Below the pieces are notes generated by a model. It saw nothing but the letters and a program-made list of their open reading frames with translations. It had not been told where the DNA came from and made no database searches. The position numbers and the translations under genes are program-made. Below, piece after piece: positions 30,001-42,000 of a stretch of DNA of 64,000 nt (positions are counted from its first letter, which is position 1; every line of letters starts with the position of its first letter). Source of the DNA: Caecitellus pseudoparvulus (Eukaryota > Protista > Bigyra: Bicosoecida); assembly GCA_965644315.1 (NCBI GenBank), contig CBFFRQ010000214.1, forward strand, positions 1 to 64,000, in the 5' to 3' direction.

Positions 30001-33000
30001 TCCCGCTCACCACACTCACCACACCGCCCACACTGCCACCAGCAGTGCTGGCGCCAGCTGACACGTACAGGTGCCCGCCGTCGCCCTGGTCAGTGCCGCC
30101 CACAGTCATGGACATGCTGCCGGCGGCCCCCGATGTGGCGGCCCCCGTGGCCATGTGCAGGTACCCGGCGTCGCCCGTGAGCGCGGTGCCAGTGCTCAGC
30201 ACCATGGCGCCGCTGTCGCCCGATGTCGACCCGCCCGACGCCAGTGTCACGGCCCCGCTGCTGCCCGACTGTGTCGTGCCAGTGCTCAGCACCATGGCGC
30301 CGCTGTCGCCCGATGTCGACCCGCCCGACGCCAGTGTCACGGCCCCGCTGCTGCCCGACTGTGTCGTGCCAGTGCTCAGCACCAGCGACCCCGACACACC
30401 CGTGCCCACAGCGTTGGCACTGCGCACCACCACTGCACCAGTGCTGGACACCGCACCACTCCCGCTCACCACACTCACCACACCGCCCACACTGCCACCA
30501 GCAGTGCTGGCGCCAGCTGACACGTACAGGTGCCCGCCGTCGCCCTGGTCAGTGCCGCCCACAGTCATGGACATGCTGCCGGCGACCCCCGATGTGGCGG
30601 CCCCCGTGGCCATGTGCAGGTACCCGGCGTCGCCCGTGAGCGCGGTGCCAGTGCTCAGCACCATGGCGCCGCTGTCGCCCGATGTCGACCCGCCCGACGC
30701 CAGTGTGACGGCCCCGCTGCTGCCCGACTGTGTCGTGCCAGTGCTCAGCACCATGGCGCCGCTGTCGCCCGATGTCGACCCGCCCGACGCCAGTGTCACG
30801 GCCCCGCTGCTGCCCGACTGTGTCGTGCCAGTGCTCAGCACCAGCGACCCCGACACACCCGTGCCCACAGCGTTGGCACTGCGCACCACCACTGCACCAG
30901 TGCTGGACACCGCACCACTCCCGCTCACCACACTCACCACACCGCCCACACTGCCACCAGCAGTGCTGGCGCCAGCTGACACGTACACGTGCCCGCCGTC
31001 GCCCTGGTCAGTGGCGCCCACAGTCATGGACATGCTGCCGGCGGCCCCCGATGTGGCGGCCCCCGTGGCCATGTGCAGGTACCCGGCGTCGCCCGTGAGC
31101 GCGGTGCCAGTGCTCAGCACCATGGCGCCGCTGTCGCCCGATGTCGACCCGCCCGACGCCAGTGTCACGGCCCCGCTGCTGCCCGACTGTGTCGTGCCAG
31201 TGCTCAGCACCATGGCGCCGCTGTCGCCCGATGTCGACCCGCCCGACGCCAGTGTGACAGCCCCGCTGCTGCCCGACTGTGTCGTGCCAGTGCTCAGCAC
31301 CAGCGACCCCGACACGCCCGTGCCCACAGCGTTGGCACTGCGCACCACCACTGCACCAGTGCTGGACACCGCACCACTCCCGCTCACCACACTCACCACA
31401 CCGCCCACACTGCCACCAGCAGTGCTGGCGCCAGCTGACACGTACAGGTGCCCGCCGTCGCCCTGGTCAGTGCCGCCCACAGTCATGGACATGCTGCCGG
31501 CGACCCCCGATGTGGCGGCCCCCGTGGCCATGTGCAGGTACCCGGCGTCGCCCGTGAGCGCGGTGCCAGTGCTCAGCACCATGGCGCCGCTGTCGCCCGA
31601 TGTCGACCCGCCCGACGCCAGTGTCACGGCCCCGCTGCTGCCCGACTGTGTCGTGCCAGTGCTCAGCACCATGGCGCCACTGTCGCCCGATGTCGACCCG
31701 CCCGACGCCAGTGTCACGGCCCCGCTGCTGCCCGACTGTGTCGTGCCAGTGCTCAGCACCAGCGACCCCGACACACCCGTGCCCACAGCGTTGGCACTGC
31801 GCACCACCACTGCACCAGTGCTGGACACCGCACCACTCCCGCTCACCACACTCACCACACCGCCCACACTGCCACCAGCAGTGCTGGCGCCAGCTGACAC
31901 GTACAGGTGCCCGCCGTCGCCCTGGTCAGTGCCGCCCACAGTCATGGACATGCTGCCGGCGGCCCCCGATGTGGCGGCCCCCGTGGCCATGTGCAGGTAC
32001 CCGGCGTCGCCCGTGAGCGCGGTGCCAGTGCTCAGCACCATGGCGCCGCTGTCGCCCGATGTCGACCCGCCCGACGCCAGTGTCACGGCCCCGCTGCTGC
32101 CCGACTGTGTCGTGCCAGTGCTCAGCACCATGGCGCCGCTGTCGCCCGATGTCGACCCGCCCGACGCCAGTGTCACGGCCCCGCTGCTGCCCGACTGTGT
32201 CGTGCCAGTGCTCAGCACCAGCGACCCCGACACACCTGTGCCCACAGCGTTGGCACTGCGCACCACCACTGCACCAGTGCTGGACACCGCACCACTCCCG
32301 CTCACCACACTCACCACACCGCCCACACTGCCACCAGCAGTGCTGGCGCCAGCTGACACGTACAGGTGCCCGCCGTCGCCCTGGTCAGTGCCGCCCACAG
32401 TCATGGACATGCTGCCGGCGGCCCCCGATGTGGCGGCCCCCGTGGCCATGTGCAGGTACCCGGCGTCGCCCGTGAGCGCGGTGCCAGTGCTCAGCACCAT
32501 GGCGCCGCTGTCGCCCGATGTCGACCCGCCCGACGCCAGTGTCACGGCCCCGCTGCTGCCCGACTGTGTCGTGCCAGTGCTCAGCACCATGGCGCCACTG
32601 TCGCCCGATGTCGACCCGCCCGACGCCAGTGTCACGGCCCCGCTGCTGCCCGACTGTGTCGTGCCAGTGCTCAGCACCAGCGACCCCGACACGCCCGTGC
32701 CCACAGCGTTGGCACTGCGCACCACCACTGCACCAGTGCTGGACACCGCACCACTCCCGCTCACCACACTCACCACACCGCCCACACTGCCACCAGCAGT
32801 GCTGGCGCCAGCTGACACGTACACGTGCCCGCCGTCGCCCTGGTCAGTGCCGCCCACAGTCATGGACATGCTGCCGGCGACCCCCGATGTGGCGGCCCCC
32901 GTGGCCATGTGCAGGTACCCGGCGTCGCCCGTGAGCGCGGTGCCAGTGCTCAGCACCATGGCGCCGCTGTCGCCCGATGTCGACCCGCCCGACGCCAGTG

Positions 33001-36000
33001 TCACGGCCCCGCTGCTGCCCGACTGTGTCGTGCCAGTGCTCAGCACCATGGCGCCGCTGTCGCCCGATGTCGACCCGCCCGACGCCAGTGTCACGGCCCC
33101 GCTGCTGCCCGACTGTGTCGTGCCAGTGCTCAGCACCAGCGACCCCGACACACCCGTGCCCACAGCGTTGGCACTGCGCACCACCACTGCACCAGTGCTG
33201 GACACCGCACCACTCCCGCTCACCACACTCACCACACCGCCCACACTGCCACCAGCAGTGCTGGCGCCAGCTGACACGTACACGTGCCCGCCGTCGCCCT
33301 GGTCAGTGCCGCCCACAGTCATGGACATGCTGCCGGCGACCCCCGATGTGGCGGCCCCCGTGGCCATGTGCAGGTACCCGGCGTCGCCCGTGAGCGCGGT
33401 GCCAGTGCTCAGCACCATGGCGCCGCTGTTGCCCGATGTCGACCCGCCCGACGCCAGTGTCACGGCCCCGCTGCTGCCCGACTGTGTCGTGCCAGTGCTC
33501 AGCACCATGGCGCCGCTGTCGCCCGATGTCGACCCGCCCGACGCCAGTGTCACGGCCCCGCTGCTGCCCGACTGTGTCGTGCCAGTGCTCAGCACCAGCG
33601 ACCCCGACACACCCGTGCCCACAGCGTTGGCACTGCGCACCACCACTGCACCTGTGCTGGACACCGCACCACTCCCGCTCACCACACTCACCACACCGCC
33701 CACACTGCCACCAGCAGTGCTGGCGCCAGCTGACACGTACAGGTGCCCGCCGTCGCCCTGGTCAGTGCCGCCCACAGTCATGGACATGCTGCCGGCGGCC
33801 CCCGATGTGGCGGCCCCCGTGGCCATGTGCAGGTACCCGGCGTCGCCCGTGAGCGCGGTGCCAGTGCTCAGCACCATGGCGCCGCTGTCGCCCGATGTCG
33901 ACCCGCCCGACGCCAGTGTGACGGCCCCGCTGCTGCCCGACTGTGTCGTGCCAGTGCTCAGCACCATGGCGCCGCTGTCGCCCGATGTCGACCCGCCCGA
34001 CGCCAGTGTCACGGCCCCGCTGCTGCCCGACTGTGTCGTGCCAGTGCTCAGCACCAGCGACCCCGACACACCCGTGCCCACAGCGTTGGCACTGCGCACC
34101 ACTACTTCGCCACTTGATCCGACAGTACCTGCCCCACTCGCCATGTATAAATTTCCTCCCTGGTGCTCTTCATCTGTTGTTGTTCCTGCTTGAATGTTTA
34201 CGTTTCCTCCATTTCCGGTGTTGGTGTCTCCTGCTCTGACTGTGACGGTTCCGGAAGTGTGTTTTGAGTCACCAGTTGCAAGAACAATATGCCCGGAAGC
34301 TCCGCGATCAGTTGTTCCTGTGATAAGAGATAGCTCGCCACTGTTGCCCGCAGTTCCACTCGGTGCTGTTTGAAGAGTTACTTCACCACTGTCACCACTT
34401 TCGCTTGCACCAGAAGAAATCTTCAGGTCTCCTCCGTCGCCATGGTAAGCACTGCCTGCCTTTACCTCAATAAGGCCACCGTCGCCGGTTCCCTGGTTGC
34501 TTCCGGCATGAACATTGAGCGCTCCAGCGCCGCTTCCAGATGTTCCATCTCCTCCAAGAAGCTGAACTTCTCCGCCAGTCCCTTGCAATGATTCGCCAGC
34601 TTGTAAAAGGACTGATCCACCAGTTCCTCTGTCAGCATGCCCACCAGATACACTGATGCCTCCGGCCTTGGCAGAGCTTGCATGTGCGTCTCCGGACCGC
34701 AACAGTATCGCTCCTCCGGTCCCTTCGGTACCATTTGCGAAGCCTGCGGCAAGAGAGATGTTTCCCGAAGCAGATCGAATTCCTGTTGAGTCGCCAGTTT
34801 TCACACTAACGCTTCCAGATAGAGCTGTTGAGTGGCCACTCAACAGGGCTAGGTTGCCACTTTGAGCTCCCACCGCTGTTCCGGTCGACAACAGCACAAA
34901 GCCAGATGAAAATAAGCTTGAGTTTCCTGAGACAAAGGAAACATTACCCGCAGGCCCATAGAGGCTACTTCCCGCTGAAATGTTCACGTTGCCGCCACGT
35001 CCAGATGCTGAGTTGCCTGCGTCTATCTGTACGTGGCCACCCACTCCGTGGCCTACTTGGGTTGATCCGGCTTGGAGATACACACCTCCACCGCCCAGTC
35101 CAGCGTGCACAGAAACATCGCCTGATGCACTTTCAGCATTTCCTGTGGCAATTCGAAGCTCCCCACTTTGCTCTTGACTTGTCCCAGTCCGAAGGTCGAT
35201 GCTTCCAGAGCTCATCCCGGCGCCAGTGCTAAGGAGAACAGCACCAGATTTGCTGAAAGTGCTGTTTCCTGTCCCCACAAGCACCCTACCACTCAAGTGA
35301 TCAGATGAAGCTGATTGAACGAGAATTTCTCCTCCTTGAGCTGAGCCAACGTGGATGTCCCCTCCTGACCTTGTCGCTTCCCCGGATAGAATCTCAACCG
35401 CTCCAGCCACCTCATCAGCTGCTCCAGTTCCAACGCTGATGCTTCCAGAGTGCACGGAAGCAACCCCACTCTGAAGCTCCACACTTCCAGTTGTGGTTCC
35501 ATGACCTGATGTAAGAGAAACGCTGCCAGACTGCAAGTCAGCTGCACCTGTGCCAATCGTCACGCGCCCGTGGACTGACGAAGCCCCCGCCGCGATCAAC
35601 ACTTCGCCTGACCCAAACACCCCATCACCAGACTCAATTGCCACTGATCCAGATTGCATGGATTCTCTTGTTTGAATGAGGATTTCAGGTGTTGAGAGCT
35701 TGCCTCCTTGAACTGAAATCGACACATCTCCGCCTTGAGCTTGGGAGTCCCCACCTCGGATGCTCAAGCTTCCTCCAGTGGATGCACCACTTCCGGAATG
35801 CATGGTGATATTGCCTCCGAGTTCCGCTCCATCACCTGCGTGAATATCAACGCTTCCACCCCTGGGTCCTGAGTCAGTAGACCCGGCATGGAGCCTGAGG
35901 CTTCCTGGCTTCTCCGATGCTGCACCAGCGCCAAAATGCAATCCTCCGCCCCCAATGCCCGTTGCAATTGCCGAAAACCTTCCCGACCCATCTGAAGAAT

Positions 36001-39000
36001 CACCAGATGAAATTGAAATCTGTCCTGAGGATGATGCTTGACCAGAGGACAGTGACACTTTGGCATCCTGCCCAGGAATGGTCCCAGTCGCAGCAGCCAG
36101 TAGTTGACCACCCGCCCGCGCACTACCTGCCGCAAGAGAGATGGATCCTCCAACTTCTTGAGATTCTTTGGCCGACAGTAAAATAGAGCCGCTAGAACTT
36201 TCACTTCCAGCGAGGAGCGCAATATCACCACCTGGAGCATCAACAGACGAGCCAGTTGTTACCCGCACCCCGCCGTTCACCTTGCCAGTCGCAGCACTGC
36301 TCACTAGCACATCACCAGACGAAATCCCTGGACCAGTGTTCATGTAAATCCCCCCCGAACCTTTTGAAAGGCCTGAGATGCTCGTTTGAAGCTTGATCGA
36401 GGCACTTGAATCTTGGCTATTTGCTGCCAGTCGGATGTCACCATCAAGAGAGTGGAGGCTCACGTCGCTCTCCCCCCTGGATGAGGTACTCGCTTGAAGT
36501 CTGATTGAGCCTCCGAGTTCTGATCCGAGCCCGGACTTGACCAAAATACTCCCCCCTTCTCCGGACTCAGAGTGTCCGCCACCCAGGTGAACACTGCCAC
36601 TATTGGTCACGCCCTTTGATGCTGAGAGGTTGACATGTCCACCTTGCTCATCCGCAGACCCTGCATGGAGAGTTACATTCCCACCGAGTTGCTGCGAAGA
36701 GCCAGCCTGGATCCCAACGATCCCGCCAGACTTCTTGCCTGATCCCGCGAAAAAGGAAATGCTCCCTCCATTTTCTTCTGCAGCACCTGCACGGATGCGC
36801 ACATCTCCTGCAGATTGGGTGCCTGCACCAGTCCAAACGTCAATTTGCCCAGAAGCGGTTGAGGACGATGTCTCAACCATCACCTGCCCGCTCGAACCAC
36901 TCTCGTCGGAGGCAGTCGCCAACTTGACGAATGATTGCCGCTGAGAGCTCCCAACAGCACTGATTCTAACCGAGCTAGACCCACCAGGCCTTAATTGCCT
37001 CGCAGATAAATCAAGCAAAGCACTGCCGCCATCCCCAAGCGCTTGGGCAATCACGGTGGCATTTGCCGAACTTAATCCTTGGGCAGAAATGGACACCGTT
37101 CCATTGCTATCCTGGCCACCACCAAGCAAAGACAATGTACTGGTGCCAGCAGGCCCACCAGATGAGGAGAGCAAAGTTTCACTGTTGCCTCCAACACCAA
37201 CTTCAGCTGCAAGGAGCGTTGATGCACGTCCTCCAGCTCCAGAAGTGGCACTAAGATGAAGATCACTGCTGAGAGCCTGAGCTTGTCCAGATTCGATACG
37301 AATGGAACCGGGGCGTTGAGCTCCTGGTGCAGAGATGACAATGTTTCCACTTCCTGACGGTGATCCGGAAAGTATTTCAACTCCGCCATGGGACAACAAT
37401 GACAAATTCCCACTCTTCGAGCTTGCCTGTCCAGTCACGAAGGAAATCCCCCCGGAGGTTTCCTTGCCTTCTCCGGAGGCAAGCGTAATGTTCCCCGTGT
37501 TTAATGCAGACCCAGTCGTGATTCGCACGGGCCCGCTTTGCGAAGCATGGCTCTGTGTCGAGATGCTCACCGTCCCAGATCGAACATCCCCTGAGCCGCT
37601 TTCAATCATGACGTCCCCACTACTTGACTTGGGGTCATTTGTCGATCCAGATGCAACCACCACACTCCCTGACTCACCTTCTCCCGCGCTGCCTGTAGCT
37701 AGGACAACATCACCTGAGGAGCGCGTCGACTCACCAGTCCGAACCAAAATCGAACCACTCCCTTCAGCAGCGAGGCCGGACTGCAGACGAACACCTCCAG
37801 AAGCCCCCGTTTCCGATGTGCCAGACTGCAAAATCATATCTCCGGAAACCACTTGTGAGTTTCCACTTGACACGAAGACAGAGCCACTTGAGTTTGATGC
37901 ACTGCCAGTCGACAGGCGTACATCACCACTTGACCCCATCGCATTGCCAGACTCAAATGCCAAGTGGCCAGATACCGAAGTTGAGTCCCCGGAAAGTATT
38001 TCTGCTGCACCTGAGTTCTCTGCACCGCTGCCAGAGTGAATCGACACGCTGCCGCTGGCATCATGCGAGCTATTTCCTGACTGAGCAAGAAGTGATCCAG
38101 ATGCAATGGTTGCGTCACCAGTCTCCAGGGTCAAGGAGCTGTCCCTGTCCACAGAAGTTTTTGCCGTGATCATTATGTCACCACCTCGGTTTCCCTGCCC
38201 GCTGGCCAGCACCAGACCACCGCCTGCTCCAGATGTCGAGTGTGCGTCTCCTGCTGCGATGCCAAGCCTCGCCCCGGAACCAACAGCAGCAATCTGCACT
38301 GTTCCAGGAGCAGAGGAAGACCCAACGCCCGTGATTCTCAAATGTGCTTTGCCTTTCTCAGACTGAGACTTAATTTGTAGGCTACTTGAACCATGTGAGC
38401 TTGTTGATGACAAGAGCGTGCTTGCTTCTCTATGTTGAGATTGTGAAGTGACAGCGATTGTCGCTGCTGAAGTCTCTGAAGCAGACCGTAGTTCGGTTGA
38501 AGCATTGGAAGCCCCAAATCCATGGGACAAGACCTGGATGATCGCTGGGTTTGACGAGCTGTCTCCCGCTGTGAGGCTGAGATTGCCTTGCGGCACAGCG
38601 ATGCGCACACTTCCTTGAGCCCCATCAGCCGCAAGCAGGCTGGTCGCAGGTGAAACAGCTTGTTCTCCGGACACCAACTTGACGCCAGCGTTCAATGCTG
38701 ATGATGATTCAATCAGAATGCTGCTGCTCGCATGCTGCGAAGCGTGTGCACTGATACTTACGACTGCCTCTTCAGACTCACTTGCCTGGGCATACACTTC
38801 TATTTTGCCGCCCCCACTCTCAGTAGACCCGGCCGAGATTGTCACGTTCCCACTTCTTCCCTGTGCTTGTCCACTCTGAATGAGAACTTGGCCAGAAGTA
38901 GATGTGCCGGTACCGCTCCTAACTGAAATCGACCCTGAGCGCTGCGCTGGGCCAGTTTGAATGCGAATATCTCCGCTTGAAACTTCGGAGGACGAGCTAG

Positions 39001-42000
39001 ATATGGTGAGGTTTCCACTTCGTTTTCCGCCTCCAGATACCAACTCCAGGGAACCTCCGTGAGCATCGCCGGCTTCAGCAGCGATTCGCACATGCCCCCC
39101 CTCCTCCAAACCTGCGCCGCTCATAATGTGCACACTTCCGCCTCGCCCAGTTGATTGGCCTGTCTTCAGAAGTATGTTTCCAGAGTGTAGTGAAGCGTTC
39201 CCAGTCTGAACAGCAATGCTGCCACTTGTTCCCATGCTGGAATCTCCAGACCCAAGCTCAACACTCCCGGATTCCTCCAGCGCTTGGCCAGATGAAAGGG
39301 AAAAATTTCCACCACGATGCCCTTGGCCAGCTCGCAGCTGCAAGCTCCCAGGCGACTGATTTGAGCCGCTTGCAACCACAACAAGGCGGCCTCCTGTGCT
39401 TGCACCTCCGCCAGAGCTCAGCTCAAGACTGCCACCAGCATCACCTCCATTTCCTGCCAAAGCAGACAAGTGGGCAAGCTCTCCTGCAGCAGAAAGAGAT
39501 ACAGAGCCTGACCTGTCATGTGCGCTCCCGGAGGAGACAGTGACGCTTCCGGACTGCCTCGAAGCATCACCTGTAATCATAGATACAGATTTGGATCCTG
39601 AAAGCGACAAGCTTCCACTTTGAGATGCAACATGTGTAGCAAGTGAGATGTTTCCACTTGAAGTTGTTGCTGCTCCTGAGAGGAGCCGCACTGTACCAGG
39701 AGACGGGGCAAGGCCAGAATATATGGTGACATTACCAGAAGCCTCAGTGGCGTCTCCTGAACCGAAATATGCAGACCCAGACATGAGACTTCCTGAGTTA
39801 GACCGAATATCCACACTTCCTCCGCGAGATGCAGCACCACTAACAAGCCGGACGCCACCCCCAACTCCTTCAGCATCACCTCCCTGAACTTCGATGCCAG
39901 CACCATGCACCCCCCCACCAATGCCGCCTCGAAGCAGCAGACTTCCACCTGCTGTAAGGCCTGATCCTGAGGCAATTCGAACACTTCCACCTGTCCGTTC
40001 TGAGTCTCCAGCGACAGCTTCAATGTCACCACCCACTTCGAGACCGTCCCCAGCCTTGAGTCGAACTTGAGAGGACTCTTGAGAAGCTCCAGAGGAAATT
40101 GACACATTTCCGGCTTCACTGTACTCAGATGCAACGGTACTCACAAGTACAGAACTTGACATCCCACTTGAACTTTGAGCAAGAATCGAAACTCGCCCTT
40201 GGTCAGAGCGCTCACCAGCTGAAATGCTCACAACAGACGCGTTCTCCTGACTTGCAAATCCAGAGTCAGCAGTCAAAATTATTCGTCCATGGCCTGCCTG
40301 GGCAAAAGCAGCGAGTTGGATTTCCGCTCGTTCGCTCCCTTGCGCATTCAAGGAAGCTGTTGCTTTTGTAGAACCCGTGGCACGAAAAGCAACCTCTCCG
40401 CTCCCCCCGACACTTTTGGAAGAAATGAGAATAGCAGAAGGTCCTTGCGATTCGATGGATGTCAGTTGAACTCTACTGCCACTGTCACCGGCGGAAGTAC
40501 TGCTGATTTGGACCAAGCTGGTGTCAGAGCTTCGGGACTGGCTGCTAATTCTCACGGCCGCGGGTGAGGCACCTTCGCCTTGCGCCTTGAAAGTGATAGC
40601 TGTTTCACCCTTCACTGATGCCGTTGCATCAAGATCAATGCTTGCGTTATGAGACTCGGCATTTCCAGACTGAAATACGATGCTGGAATTGGTGCCCTGT
40701 GTAGCCCCTGCCGAAATGTCAATCCGTCCAGAAGAATGGCCAGATCCAGCTGAAATTTCCACCAGTCCACCCTCTTTTGAACTCACTCCTGCAGCCAAGA
40801 CAATACTCCCGCTGCTTTCAGAGGCAGAGCCTGAGCGGATGCTCAAAGAACCAGAGGACCTACCTTGCCCACTGCTCAGAGACACACCTCCAGAACGGGA
40901 GTGCCCGGATGCACTTGCGAGAGAAAGCTCACCAGATATTGCTGCCGAGCCAGTTTTCATTTGAATACTGCCGGACGAGTTGACCGCTTTGTTTGTGGCA
41001 ATATGAATGCTCCCCCCAGCCATGCCACCTGCCCCTGCTGACATGAGAACTTCTCCAGGGCGAACCCCTCCATCACCTGACGCGAGAGAGACACCACCAG
41101 AAACATCTTGCGCAGTTCCTGAATGCAGCTCCACGTTCCCGCTTGTTATTTGCGAAGCTCCAGAGCCCAGAGAAACGTTTCCACTCCGTAGTTCGCCTGC
41201 CCCAGAATGAAACCCCAACGAACCAGATATTGGGCCCTTTCCGGTACTGATACTAACATGTCCGCTTGCTGCAGAAGTCGAACCCCCCGTTTCAAGCCTG
41301 ATTTCACCTCCAGATCCTACCTCTGACCCTCCTGCGAACAGGTAAACACTACCGGCAGTCTCTGTGCCAGACCCGGTGCCAACCGACACAGTCCCTCCGG
41401 AACCAGAGCTTGACCCGGACCGAATCATGACCGATCCAGAGGAAACTTTTGAAGTACCTGAAGCAAGATTCATGGATCCTGACTGAAAAGATCCACTTGT
41501 CTTGACCGAAAATTGTCCGGAAATGCCGGACACGGCCCAGCCAGATCTCAGCTGAACTGAACCAGAGTGCAACTGAGACACACCTGAATCAAGAGTAACA
41601 TTACCTGAGCTCCTGAAAGCAATCGAACCAGAAGCTACTGAGGCGGTGCCTGACGAAATTGAAATACCACCGCTCTCCTCAGAGCCACTGCCGCTCGCAA
41701 TTCGCACTGAGCCGCCATGCCCTTCCGCGGAAACAAAAACTCCGGTACCAGACTTCTCTGAAGCACTCTTCAAGACAACTTGACCAGTTGATCGTTCAGA
41801 TGAACCTCCAGCTTGAATGGAAACAGTCGCGTCGTCGCCGGCAGCTTGAACAAAAACCTCGCTCTGTCCACCAACACTGTGCCCAACAAGCGTCACGTTG
41901 CTCGACCCGGAAGAATCGGAGACAGTGGCGCCAAGGTTCATCATTGCTGCTTGTTCACCATGTGCTTGTAGAAGAACTCTTGATGCCCCAGAATCACTCG

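Larger units (their letters stand above)
1..34102. repeat. Coding tandem array, ~78 units of 459 bp (153 aa) or 369 bp (123 aa), with an internal 90-bp duplication; continues past the left edge
   Basis: Shadow-ORF starts recur every 459 or 369 bp (757, 1216, 1675 ... 33743). I count 17 short units. Units differ only at a few recurrent sites. Confidence 0.98.

Noticed and set aside
1-34102. CRISPR array or non-coding satellite
   Set aside because: There are no unique spacers, unit lengths are multiples of three apart from the suspected errors, and divergent islands conserve the protein pattern.
539-34193. Very long + strand Pro/Thr-rich ORFs (1139, 6065, 2362, 1714 aa) resembling mucins
   Set aside because: They are codon-aligned antisense shadows of a stop-free repeat unit. 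They terminate as soon as the DNA diverges (21860, 29030, 34193), while the minus frame continues and contains recognisable domains.
12-34239. About 150 short + strand ORFs (92-149 aa, His/Arg/Cys-rich) repeated once per unit
   Set aside because: Alternative-frame by-products of the GC-rich 459/369-bp repeat with no independent coding evidence.
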